NCBI GenBank assembly: GCA_965197465.1
Contig: OZ240209.1
Coordinates: 5,078,477 to 5,142,476 of the forward strand
Reading direction: 5' to 3'
Source: Candidatus Poribacteria bacterium
Lineage (GTDB): Bacteria; Poribacteria; WGA-4E; JAJDTR01
Length of the DNA: 64,000 nucleotides
The notes under the pieces are model-generated. The model saw only the letters and a list, made by a program, of their open reading frames with translations, ran no database searches and was not told where the DNA came from. Of the stretch, positions 30,711-40,467 are shown one piece after another (position 1 is the first letter of the stretch; the number at the start of each line of letters is the position of its first letter). The position numbers and the translations under genes were made by a program.

Positions 30711-30911
30711 ATCTCAGTGTTGCAGTTTGCCTTTTGAAGCGACTAGGACAGATAGGATTGGAAGGATGGAAGGGTGGAAGGTTCCCATCCACGCCACCTT
30801 AAATTCTCGGGAGCGAAAAAATGGAAGCCAAAAAGTTGGGTTTCACAGGGTTCAACCCAACCTATAGGTTAGATAAAGATTTTCCGGATTTGTAAATTCA
30901 GCAGGAGCGAC

Positions 30912-31331
30912 CTAAACCTTGATGGAATTGCAGCTTTCAATATAATAGTTTACGCACTTAGTAGATTTTGGCTCATTGTGCCGAGAATTTTTCACACTAG
31001 ATAGTTTCCGACTTTTTCTCGGTGGTGAGGTTTGCAATTGTCGGCTGGAAAATGCGAGTTGTAGAGATGGCCGTGTGGGCATTTTTGGGGAAAGAGAAGG
31101 GATTGCATAAGAAAGGGCATTATGCGTTCCTGAAGGTTTCCAGTCTATTCCTAAATCCTTAACAGTTGCACGGAAAGTTCCTATTGGCACATCGTTGCCA
31201 CCGTGACATGGCAAAGTGGCAATCCTTTGGTTACGTGAGTTTAACCACCCTCGGTGCGAACCCTTGCCGTATCTTTTTAGCTCCGAACATCCTAATCGTC
31301 TGAGTTTTGTTGCAACTCTTCGATAATTCAC
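30912..31331 (-). CDS. hicA: HicA family toxin (mRNA interferase) with unusual C-terminal extension
   Basis: The N-terminal ~65 aa (MNYRRVATKLRRLGCSELKRYGKGSHRGWLNS..) is HicA-like. The ORF continues for about 70 more low-complexity residues. Confidence 0.55.
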   Translation of the reverse strand: MNYRRVATKLRRLGCSELKRYGKGSHRGWLNSRNQRIATLPCHGGNDVPIGTFRATVKDLGIDWKPSGTHNALSYAIPSLSPKMPTRPSLQLAFSSRQLQTSPPRKSRKLSSVKNSRHNEPKSTKCVNYYIESCNSIKV

Positions 31332-31633
31332 GGCGTGTGGAAAGCAGATCCACTAGGAGATACAGCGGTTTGGAAGCACAAATTAGTTACATTGTCTTTC
31401 GGAGTAATTGTTTGGAACTTTGCGCTAGGAAACTCATCTACGATAACACTATCTGGCAATGAACGTCCTAATGATTCATATGTTTCGAGTAAGGTAACAA
31501 ACGCATCTGCAGCATTCTCCAATGCTTCGTCAATTGTTTTGCCATCCGTTACTAACCCAGGAAAATCCTCAGACGTTACAACATAATAATCTTCTGGCTG
31601 ATACTCCAGTGCCACACGCACTTTATAGTACAC
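31328..31633 (-). CDS. hicB: HicB family antitoxin
   Basis: ..YYVVTSEDFPGLVTDGKTIDEALENAADAFVTLLE.. is a HicB/UPF0150 fold. Overlaps hicA by 4 nt. Confidence 0.65.
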   Translation of the reverse strand: MYYKVRVALEYQPEDYYVVTSEDFPGLVTDGKTIDEALENAADAFVTLLETYESLGRSLPDSVIVDEFPSAKFQTITPKDNVTNLCFQTAVSPSGSAFHTP

Positions 31634-32074
31634 TGTGCATCCTCCCCAATGGACAGTCGATAATCTTTACAGCGCCTAGCTCAACCAATACTAATACCAT
31701 TTCGCTTAAATGATGGTGCATATGATGTCTGAATTGTATCGTTCGCCTTCTCCGTAGGCGGGGCATCTTGCCCCGCTTTGGAAAGACTTGATTAACGCTT
31801 TTTATGCACTGCAAATATAGAGAAATGGTATAACAAATCCTCATTCTAATTTGAAGTGGCCTACATTTATTGTTTTTTCGGAACTCGTAACCGTATCAGA
31901 AAACCAGTCAGAATAATACCATGTAAGTCCACTTTTTTCAAATCACAGTTGGTATACATACGCCGCGGCGGCTAGGTATATTCCGATCAACTATGAATTT
32001 CAAGATAATTTGGCGTGAGGCGGAATTGAATTTGTAGGATTTCAATTGCGCTTTTTGTGTAAGTCCCAATAAAT

Positions 32075-32929
32075 TCAAATGCGGGATGTTTCGTCAAGGA
32101 GCGGACGCAGAAAATCGCGGAAGCGGATTGTTTCACTCAGATTGTCAGCTCGGTTGCAGCCCTCCCAGTCGACCCATACATACTCCAAGGTGAGGAAGCC
32201 TGAATACCCGACTGACTTCATCGCTTTCACGATCCGCGCGAAATCGATTGTGTTGTCTTGGAATGTTGCTTGGAGCATTCCTCGTCGGGCGCCACGGACG
32301 TGGAAATGGCTCGCATGGGGGATGAGGGGTTCAACCTCGGCGTCGGGGACGCCAACGCAGGTGAAATGTCCGTAGTCAAGAGAGAAGGTTAACCCCGGCA
32401 CCTTGGAAATCAGCCGAAGCGCCGATTTGGGTCGAGAGGCAATTGAGCGGATGTGCGGCTCTACGCCCATGACAATCTGGTAGGCGTCGGCACGTTCTAT
32501 CCGCCACGAAAGTTCGTCACAACCACGTGCGCGCGAATCCGCCCGGGGTTGATCATCGAAATAGACGCCCGGGCTTATCGTCACATGCTTGGCGCCGCAT
32601 GCAGCGGCATAATCCAACGTGCGCTCAAACCAGTCGCGAGCCTTTCGGCGGCGCGAGGCATCCGGCTGATTGATGGCGTAAGACATGCCATCGTCGTCAA
32701 CTTGAAGGAACACATCCGCGAGATTCAAGCCCTTGGAATCCAACCTCTTTTTCAAGGTTTTTGCCGAACGGGTGACGTTCTCGAATTGGTCGGACGGCTG
32801 CAAGTGGGACCGATGCTCGAACAGACCGATATCCACGTCGCGAATGCCAAGCATAGCAATCAGTGTCAGAACGTCGTCGTGCGGTAATAATGGAAATGTA
32901 TAGTCAGCGCAGGCGAGTTTAAGTGTCAT
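32075..32929 (-). CDS. Sugar phosphate isomerase/epimerase (xylose-isomerase-like TIM barrel)
   Basis: AP-endonuclease-2 / xylose-isomerase-like sequence. Start at MTLKLACADYTF. ATGA overlap with the upstream oxidoreductase gene. Confidence 0.6.
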   Translation of the reverse strand: MTLKLACADYTFPLLPHDDVLTLIAMLGIRDVDIGLFEHRSHLQPSDQFENVTRSAKTLKKRLDSKGLNLADVFLQVDDDGMSYAINQPDASRRRKARDWFERTLDYAAACGAKHVTISPGVYFDDQPRADSRARGCDELSWRIERADAYQIVMGVEPHIRSIASRPKSALRLISKVPGLTFSLDYGHFTCVGVPDAEVEPLIPHASHFHVRGARRGMLQATFQDNTIDFARIVKAMKSVGYSGFLTLEYVWVDWEGCNRADNLSETIRFRDFLRPLLDETSRI

Positions 32930-34017
32930 GGCGCCGAACCCTCCTCTACGATCACGTTGCCACCGGTACGCGCCGACTCGCACGCCGCTTCAATCAATTT
33001 CATGGCACTGAATCCCAGCTTTGCAGGCGACTGGTTGGGCGCAACGCCCAGGACGGCATCTACCAAATTATCGGTTGGCGCGTATATGGGATAAACCGCA
33101 TCCTCGGGAAGATTCGGATAGTTGTACACGTTGCCCGCACGAGGGTGGTATTGCATCGCTCCCTTCCATAGTTCCATGAATATCATGCCTTCGCTCCCGA
33201 AAACGCGCACTTCATAGTTCCGATCGCTAGGCATAGTGGCTCCGGTGCTGGAAATCGACACAAGGGTTCCACTATCGAGTTTGACGTTCAGTGTGTTATA
33301 CACATCAACGCGTGTACCATGATTGTCAAACCGTGCGAATACCTCAATGGGTTCTTGACCGGTAATGAATGCCAAGTGTCCGCCGACGTGCGAGACTTGG
33401 TTGTAAATCTGACCGCCACCGCACACCGCCGGGTCGCTGCTCCCCGCCGGTTCCGGTTTCAGGTAGGGCGGCTGCGCGGTCTCAAACGAGTCGGTATCTG
33501 CGAAGATCTCCTCCCAGGGCAGCCCGCGAAAAAAACCCAAACAGAAATTTGTCATCAACACGCTAATCATCTTGATGTCGCCAATCGCACCTGATTGGAT
33601 CAAACGCCGCGCCTCAACACCATGCTCGGTGTAATGCCAGGGGCCGCTGATTAGAAACTGCACCCCCTGTTCATCCGCGAGATCGACCAGTGTCTTGGCT
33701 TGGGTTGCGTTGAATGTCATCGGCTTTTCGATTAGCACGTGAAGCCCCTGTTCCAACGCCGCTTTGGCTTGCGGATAGTGCATATTTACCGTGGAACTGA
33801 TAACCACCGCGTCAAGGACATCAATCGCAAGCACGTCGTCCACGCAGGACACACCGAGGGGGATTCCAAAATCGTGGGCAATTTTTCGTGCAGTGTCTTG
33901 GTCGCGATGATGGACGCACAACAGTTCTGCTTTGGGGTGGCGTAGTAACGCGGGTATATGGGCGGTGGTGCCCCACCAACCGGCGCCAATGACTGCGCAA
34001 CGCACTTTGTTTTTCAT
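32926..34017 (-). CDS. Gfo/Idh/MocA family NAD(P)-dependent oxidoreductase
   Basis: N-terminal Rossmann ..RCAVIGAGWWGTTAHIPAL... 363 aa. Confidence 0.75.
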   Translation of the reverse strand: MKNKVRCAVIGAGWWGTTAHIPALLRHPKAELLCVHHRDQDTARKIAHDFGIPLGVSCVDDVLAIDVLDAVVISSTVNMHYPQAKAALEQGLHVLIEKPMTFNATQAKTLVDLADEQGVQFLISGPWHYTEHGVEARRLIQSGAIGDIKMISVLMTNFCLGFFRGLPWEEIFADTDSFETAQPPYLKPEPAGSSDPAVCGGGQIYNQVSHVGGHLAFITGQEPIEVFARFDNHGTRVDVYNTLNVKLDSGTLVSISSTGATMPSDRNYEVRVFGSEGMIFMELWKGAMQYHPRAGNVYNYPNLPEDAVYPIYAPTDNLVDAVLGVAPNQSPAKLGFSAMKLIEAACESARTGGNVIVEEGSAP

Positions 34018-34563
34018 GGTGGACTCAGAATACGTTGGGTTTCAACGCCGATAGCGTGCTATCAACATGCGAGACTCATCTTCGATTTGATGATCGAAGA
34101 TCTCCACCGGAGCGGGAGGGCCTCGCTAATCATGTTCTATCAACATTCCGCACCTCTGGAGCGTGGAGCGCTACAGAATTTTGCAAGAAAGAAACCAATC
34201 AAGCGAGCGGATGGTGGTTGGCCAAAACTTCTGGTTGCTGAAGCCGGTCGGTTCATCGGGCAGTAGAAATGCGAGAACTGTTGCACCCGTTGAGAAGGAA
34301 TGGTCGGGAAGGGCTGAAACGCAAAAGTTGTGTTAAGTCTCGTGAAATGGGGTTATTAACCTACGAAAGGTTCAGGGGTAGATAGAACAGCGCACATGCA
34401 GAGGTTGGATGCGATTCTTGATTTAGCGGAGTGACAACGGTGGCGTGCACACGACAAACCAAAAGGGCGTTGGGTTGACGTGCGCACCATACCGTTGATG
34501 TTAGAATCCACACGAAAATCGGATATCGCTTGCACCCGAACTACCGATGGGCTGCAAGCAGGG

Positions 34564-35385
34564 CTAATGGTCAGCTTTTATCTGACCCCAGATTAGCGGA
34601 AGTTTCCCCACGGGTTCAACAGCAGTAACGGCGGCTCCGCTCATTGCTTGAACAATTTGTGTTTCGTTCAAAGCCCCCCTCCACGCGCGAACCTCGTCGA
34701 TCAGACCGTCAAACCAACCCCTATTCTTGTGGCTTCTGCCAAGATACAGATTGGTGGTGTTATCAATTGAACCAGCGGCTGCGGCTTCTCCAATTTCGTG
34801 GTCGAGTACACCATCTATCCAGAACTGGATGATTGATGTATCCTTCCGAGTCACAACCACATGATGCCATTCGCCATCGGCAACCGAGGTGTCACCACCC
34901 CTAACGAAGCCTTCGTTGGCGAGCCGGTCTTCGTCCGGGACGCCATCATTGAATATGGTATCAAGCTGGCCGCCCGGCTCAATAGTAAGCCGGTATCCCC
35001 TACAGCACGGAGTTTCCGGCGCCTCCCAGGGGCCCCACTTGTTAAAGATGTAAGACTGCTCCTGGTCAAAAGGAGTCTTAACCCAGGCTTCCAAGCTAAG
35101 ATCGCCAGTGCCAAAGTTTGTGGCGGGATCCGGGAAAATCTCAATGGCTTGTTCACTAGCACGTGTGAACTGAATTGCGTTTCCGTGTTTACCGGCAACC
35201 ACGGCGGGACCATTTTCAAGAATTCCCACCATGCCATTGACATCCATGGTTTCGTCACCATTTATTTCATCCATGGTGAAGTGGAATGCTACTTCGGGGA
35301 CTTGGGCGCTATTTCTCAGAACAGGGAAGACACTGACAAACACGACGATAAAAAAGCAGATTGCGAGGTGTTTCAATCGCACCAT
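34564..35385 (-). CDS. Secreted LamG / concanavalin-A-like lectin domain protein
   Basis: Signal/TM from MVRLKHLAICFFIVVF. LamG-like core. C-terminus ..VGKLPLIWGQIKADH resembles the shared tail motif. Confidence 0.5.
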   Translation of the reverse strand: MVRLKHLAICFFIVVFVSVFPVLRNSAQVPEVAFHFTMDEINGDETMDVNGMVGILENGPAVVAGKHGNAIQFTRASEQAIEIFPDPATNFGTGDLSLEAWVKTPFDQEQSYIFNKWGPWEAPETPCCRGYRLTIEPGGQLDTIFNDGVPDEDRLANEGFVRGGDTSVADGEWHHVVVTRKDTSIIQFWIDGVLDHEIGEAAAAGSIDNTTNLYLGRSHKNRGWFDGLIDEVRAWRGALNETQIVQAMSGAAVTAVEPVGKLPLIWGQIKADH

Positions 35386-35763
35386 TTTGGTTTCCTCCAA
35401 TTTATGTTTTAGTTGAGCCTTACAGTGTCGAATTATCCCAATTCACCACCCGATTAACATCAATTTGGGTGGCTTCAAACGCAGACACCGTGAGGAGTTG
35501 AGCGACTCTTTCCGTGGTTCCTGACCTTCTGATGCACATGGCTTACCGTCCACATTCTCTAAAGTAGCTTATGCGAACGAATGGATATCAGGAATTATAG
35601 GGGTTGATGGGTACGAAGTCAAGCACAAATATTAAGATTCTGCTTGACTAATGGCTGGCGCTAGTCAAGTGTTGCGGAAAAACGGAAGATATTTTGATTG
35701 TCTAGCTTCTTGGTTGACCATTGAAAATGTCGCCCGTGGTTTATGATATCATGCAGATGAGGT

Positions 35764-35832
35764 GTTGGGTTTCACTGGTTTTAACCCAACCTACGGGTTA
35801 GCTGTGGGCGGGGCAAGATGCCCCGCCTACGC
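35764..35832 (+). repeat. Dispersed hairpin repeats, families B (GTTGGGTTTCAC..AACCCAACCTACGG) and C (GGCGGGGCAAGATGCCCCGCC)
   Basis: Family B also at 2877-2912, 30835-30870, 46365-46480 and 49900-49935. Family C also at 27150-27175, 31750-31775, 49978-50003 and a degenerate copy at 56940-56960. B is often preceded by TGGAAGG-rich runs (2780-2830, 30745-30790, 55415-55450). Confidence 0.75.
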
Positions 35833-36588
35833 TGCTAGTGGGAACTCTATGGGATTTCTATCGCGCTCCTTTTAACATATGTATGGTACATTTTAGTAGA
35901 GATTAAGCTGTTGTGTCGGAAAAATTGGCACTTCCGAGATCTCGATAGGAAAAATAGGTTTCAGGATTCCTGAAACCTATTTATTTGGATTAACACCGTT
36001 GGACGCTTGAAGCGCTGCAAATTGGGGATTGATTGCCGAGAAAGCGTCTCACGCTCCGACAGTCATCGACGAGTTTGGCAAGCATTTCCTTTGTTTGTTC
36101 GGCCGAGGCTCGGTAGAGTCGGTAGAGCTTGCGCGGCGGCGGTAGGCGAAGTCGTAGTATCTGAAGGGGACACAATTCTTCATTCTGTGCGGTTCCTCCG
36201 TGCGGTACATTGTTAAGGCTGGATTGGTCAACGACATTGCAATGCTCAAGAGTTCAAAATGATTAAGTACGACCTGAAAATCTATCAGAGCGGCGAATGC
36301 ACCAAGAAGACGCAGTGCTGGGCAGATACAGCGCAGTCAGCAAAGAATTACGCCACGCGCTGGGCGATGCGGACGATCAGGTTGCCGTTGAACAAGCGGT
36401 ACCGCTGGTCGCCACTCTACAACGAGACGCGCGGCATTGTGGGCTTCGTGCGGGATTTTGTGAACTGCTCCGTTCTGATTAAAACTAACCAGAACATTAC
36501 CGTCTAAAATGGTAGTGTGCTGCAAGAGCCCGCCGGCGGCGGACGCCGGCTGATTCAATAACTTAAACGATGTTAACTAGGGAGGTTT

Positions 36589-37329
36589 ATGATGAAATAC
36601 GTTGTGTCAACACTAACGCTGCTTGCGCTTTGCTTCATGAATGTTTCGTATGGAGCGATGGGCATAAGCAGGGACAATCTGGACATTTTATCGCATTTGA
36701 AAATGGTTGAGAATTCTGAATTGGTCGTCACGGGTCGGGTGAAGAGTATGGTATTTGCGCACCGTACCAACGTCACGCCGGCCGGAGGCGGTATGCCCAC
36801 GACCGACGTCACGATCGCGGTTGACGAGGTCATCAAAGGCACCCCCAACGCGGGGGAAGAGCTTGTCACATTTATGATCGAAGGGGGCAAAGGCGTCAAT
36901 CCCGAGACCGGCGAGGGGCAGCATTTAAAGGTTACCCACCAGGGCAATTTTAAGGTTGGAGAGGATGTACTGCTTTTCCTGGGAAAGGCGGAGGGCGACG
37001 CCTACCACGCCAATTTTGCTCATGACGGGTTACATCTATATTTTGGTGATTACGGCAAGCGGCTGGTTAAGGATGATATCGTGGGGCTCTTATACGAGGG
37101 CGCGGGTAAGAGACTGAAACTTACCAAGGTGCCGGTCGATTTGGCTGTGACACTCGGGCAAGCGGCGGTGCTGGACATGGAGCGTGCCGCCCTGGTCGAG
37201 AACGTCATCAAAGCACTGGTGCTCGCCGAATCGGAAGACACTGTTTCTATCACGACGGCGATATCGGCCGTTTTGACTCAGAATGCGCAACAAATCATCG
37301 ATGACAACACCGAGTCTGAAAGCGACTAA
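36589..37329 (+). CDS. Secreted hypothetical protein (first gene of operon)
   Basis: Signal peptide MMKYVVSTLTLLALCFMNVSYGA. 246 aa with an acidic C-terminus. Confidence 0.45.
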   Translation: MMKYVVSTLTLLALCFMNVSYGAMGISRDNLDILSHLKMVENSELVVTGRVKSMVFAHRTNVTPAGGGMPTTDVTIAVDEVIKGTPNAGEELVTFMIEGGKGVNPETGEGQHLKVTHQGNFKVGEDVLLFLGKAEGDAYHANFAHDGLHLYFGDYGKRLVKDDIVGLLYEGAGKRLKLTKVPVDLAVTLGQAAVLDMERAALVENVIKALVLAESEDTVSITTAISAVLTQNAQQIIDDNTESESD

Positions 37330-37383
37330 ACCGCAAACGGGCGGCTGGTCTATTCACAACCACAAACAATAGGAGGGTATATC

Positions 37384-38067
37384 ATGTTACGGAAACGCGC
37401 GGCATTGGTTGGATTTATTTTTTGTCTGGTTCTTTCTTCCGCTTATCTCGTCTGGTCGCATTGCCACAACACGGACAGCTGCGAAGACCTGGTAAATGAT
37501 TTGGTGGCGAATCAAGCTTGGAGCAACCCTAACATCGATTACAAAGTCAATGTGCTGCATAACTATGGCAAGGATGAGTTAAGGCCAACCCTGGAAGCTG
37601 CGACTCCCGCCTGGAGCGATTTGCGCGTTAACGGGGTGGACATCGAATTTTCGTTGCACTACGCCGGGACAACGTATGAAACGCCGGGCGGCAACTCGGA
37701 CGGCGAGAATACCATAGGCTGGAGAAACTTGGGCAACGGCGACGGGTATCCATTGGCTCATACGTATACCTATTTGCACCCCACCGACTCCAGCCGGATC
37801 ATAGAATGCGATCTCGGCTTCAACTATTACCAGCCTTATGACGAGCATGGAAGTACGAACGATACGGAATATTGTATTCAAAACGTAACAACACATGAGT
37901 TTGGACATTGGGTTCGGTTGTTCGACTTAGGCCAAACTAACGGTTGTAATAGCTCCTATAGTCATTACACAATGTGGAGAACGGCTGGTAAGAACGAACA
38001 CACAAAAGAGGACCTTCGGTGCGAAGACAAGTGGGGACTGTGGTACACCTATCACGGTAGTCCGTAA
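37384..38067 (+). CDS. Secreted zinc metalloprotease, metzincin/snapalysin-like (M7/M10-like)
   Basis: Signal peptide. ..GYPLAHTYTY..ECDLGFNYYQPYDE.. then HEFGHWVRLFD (HExxHxxxxxD, Asp third ligand as in snapalysin). 227 aa, similar to the snapalysin precursor length. Confidence 0.5.
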   Translation: MLRKRAALVGFIFCLVLSSAYLVWSHCHNTDSCEDLVNDLVANQAWSNPNIDYKVNVLHNYGKDELRPTLEAATPAWSDLRVNGVDIEFSLHYAGTTYETPGGNSDGENTIGWRNLGNGDGYPLAHTYTYLHPTDSSRIIECDLGFNYYQPYDEHGSTNDTEYCIQNVTTHEFGHWVRLFDLGQTNGCNSSYSHYTMWRTAGKNEHTKEDLRCEDKWGLWYTYHGSP

Positions 38068-38079
38068 TCGCAGGTTAGA

Positions 38080-38526
38080 ATGACGTGGAGAAATTACGGC
38101 AAATCTGCCGCGGTAGGCTTTTTCTTTTGGCTGTTGGTTGCGTTGTTGCTTACGGTTCACCATTTCTGTTTCGCCCACGACGGCGACATAGGCGGTACGC
38201 ACAAGGTGCGTGATGAAGGGGTTAAGGAACATTACTATTATCACGAGCATAAAGGCAAAAATCAGTGGGGGCACGTTATTAGACATGACAAGCCCACTCA
38301 TTTTCATCGTGTGGGTCATCATATTACAGGACCGACGAAACAAGATGGGGCACCATACGCCTATGAGTTCCACTGGCACGAGGGCGAGGAAAACAACTGG
38401 CATCCGGCAGAAACAAGTGGGTGTCAAACGATTGCGGACACGGCAATGCTGCACGAGCATTCTCATGCCCATATAAACACGCCGACCACCTTTAGCTCGA
38501 CTTTGTACAAAACTGAAGGGGAATAA
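38080..38526 (+). CDS. Membrane-anchored extremely His-rich protein (putative metal-binding)
   Basis: N-terminal TM, then HHFCFAHDGD, HYYYHEHKGKNQWGH, HDKPTHFHRVGHH, EFHWHEGEENNWHP, LHEHSHAHIN. 13 nt downstream of the protease gene. Confidence 0.5.
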   Translation: MTWRNYGKSAAVGFFFWLLVALLLTVHHFCFAHDGDIGGTHKVRDEGVKEHYYYHEHKGKNQWGHVIRHDKPTHFHRVGHHITGPTKQDGAPYAYEFHWHEGEENNWHPAETSGCQTIADTAMLHEHSHAHINTPTTFSSTLYKTEGE

Positions 38527-38859
38527 GGTAAAATTAGTCGAAAAAGCAATACCATTCGACTGAGGAGGTACGCCTTGATTCCCCATTGCTAATAACGCTG
38601 GTAACTCCGTTTGAATCGTTGTTTCGACGCCCTAGCCGGGTTAAATTCCAAATCTTGATCGTTGGAGCAATTCTGTTATAACCAGTAGGCAAACAGGGCG
38701 ATGGTCACCGCAGCCTTAACGATTCGTTCGAGCAGGTCGAAAGCGTTCCTTTGTTTTCACCTTTTCGGATGCGCGCGATGATGCTTCGCACGGTATGGAC
38801 ATGCACGGTGTTGCCGGTCTCCTTCTCGAGGATAATTGCGCTAGAGTAGCTAACGCAAG

Positions 38860-39010
38860 TTGTGTGCCATTATCTATTACGCACCAAGATTTCACTTCAT
38901 CATTTGTGGTTGTCTCAATCCATAGGTTGCCCTGACTCGGCACTAATCCACGAATTGCATCAAACTCGCCCCCCAATGTGCCATGGAGACGCAACAGAGC
39001 CTGTGTCTTA
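38860..39010 (-). promoter_or_regulatory. Conserved leader element (partial copy) with truncated small-lipoprotein remnant downstream (38700-38760)
   Basis: Aligns with the 5' part of the leaders. The remnant encodes ..ERIVKAAVTIALFAYWL and lacks a start codon. Confidence 0.45.
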
Positions 39011-39560
39011 CAATTCTGGTATACTCAGCATCGGTTAATTTTGCGCAATTGTGCACCGAAGGTTTGTAGGAGCGATCTCCGAATCGCGACGGTCGGGAAT
39101 CGGAATTCCCTCCTACCACCTGCAAAACTCACGCTCCATTTCTTGACTCTAAAAAAACGCAACTTCCAACAGCGTAGAGTATAGAGCACCGGTGCTGACC
39201 TACCCTCGTGTTGGTAATACCATCACAAGAGGCATAGCCCTGTCGGAGCCATTCTCTCTTTGGCGGTGGTGTTTGCCCTAATGGACATAGCACAACCTCA
39301 ATGTCTCCTCATACCAATTCGTAATCCATAAGTTACAAGAACTGGGGGTTCGTAGTAGCGTAATTCATTGCGCGTCTCGTATCTGCTGTAACATTTAGAT
39401 TTTGAAATCGTATCAGAATTTATTATTGTCGTTCGGCAGTAGGGAATAACGATTGTTGAAAGAAGGGAAATCGACGATTTGATGATTCTCGATTTCTACA
39501 AACCCTTTGCCGCAATATCAAATTATTGCCAAAATCATCATTTTGCGCGTTCTGTGTACG

Positions 39561-40313
39561 TCAGTCCTGGCACCTGACCACGACATCGGTACTTAGCTCC
39601 AAGGCGGGGTTAATCTCAAGCAGCACACAGAGCAGCGATGTATCCACAAGGCTTTGATTGTGGTAAAGACCGAGCCCGCGCAATTGGATTAAGCCCGCCA
39701 ACGGCGTGATGTCCGTGATTTGATTATGGGCAAGGTGTAGCCAGCCTAATTGAGTTAAGCCTGCCAATGGCGCGATGTCCGCGATTTGATTGTGGGAAAG
39801 TTCTAGCTCGGTTAATTGGGTTAAACCTGCCAACGGCGTGACATCGGCAATCTGATCGTGGGAAAGGAATAGCCTGGTTAATTGGGTTAAGCCCACCAAC
39901 GGCGTGGTGTCCATAATAATTGGATTGCCCGGGTCGTCCAGAATTCGATTGTAGAAAAGCCACAACTCTCTTAATCGGGTTAAACTCGCCAATGGCGTGA
40001 TGTCTACAATCTGATTGGAGTCAAGTTCTAGCGTTGTCAGACTGGTGGCAAAATTCAAACCCGTTAAATCGCCGATGTTGCTATTTACCGCGCTAAGATC
40101 GGCCAACGTCGCCATCTCCTCGTCGGTGATGGGGGCGCCCTGCGCTTTACCGAGCGCCCGTTCAACCGCCTTACGGAGGTTGGGGTCGGGGATGTTCACT
40201 TGTACGGGGGCGGGTCGATAGCTTCCGATTAATTCTTCACGTGGATGTTCAGCCTCGCCGCAACCTGACGCGAAAAGGATGAGGAGAAAGACGAGGGGAA
40301 GCGTGCGAGTCAT
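39561..40313 (-). CDS. Leucine-rich-repeat (internalin-like) lipoprotein
   Basis: Lipobox LFASGCGE. At least eight 22-aa LRRs (LxxLxLxxNQIxDIxPLAGLTQL), encoded by near-identical 66-bp tandem DNA units around 39680-39960. Confidence 0.65.
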   Translation of the reverse strand: MTRTLPLVFLLILFASGCGEAEHPREELIGSYRPAPVQVNIPDPNLRKAVERALGKAQGAPITDEEMATLADLSAVNSNIGDLTGLNFATSLTTLELDSNQIVDITPLASLTRLRELWLFYNRILDDPGNPIIMDTTPLVGLTQLTRLFLSHDQIADVTPLAGLTQLTELELSHNQIADIAPLAGLTQLGWLHLAHNQITDITPLAGLIQLRGLGLYHNQSLVDTSLLCVLLEINPALELSTDVVVRCQD

Positions 40314-40467
40314 TTGTTTTCACCTTTCTTGATGCTTTGGATTATAGGTCTGAGGGAGCTGACTCGGATGGTGGTGCCAACGATTGTGCCGATGAGCATG
40401 ATGCCGGCGCCGAGCAGGGCGCAGGCGAGTAGGAAGATGAGCGGGGAGCGGACTTTTTCGCGTTTTT

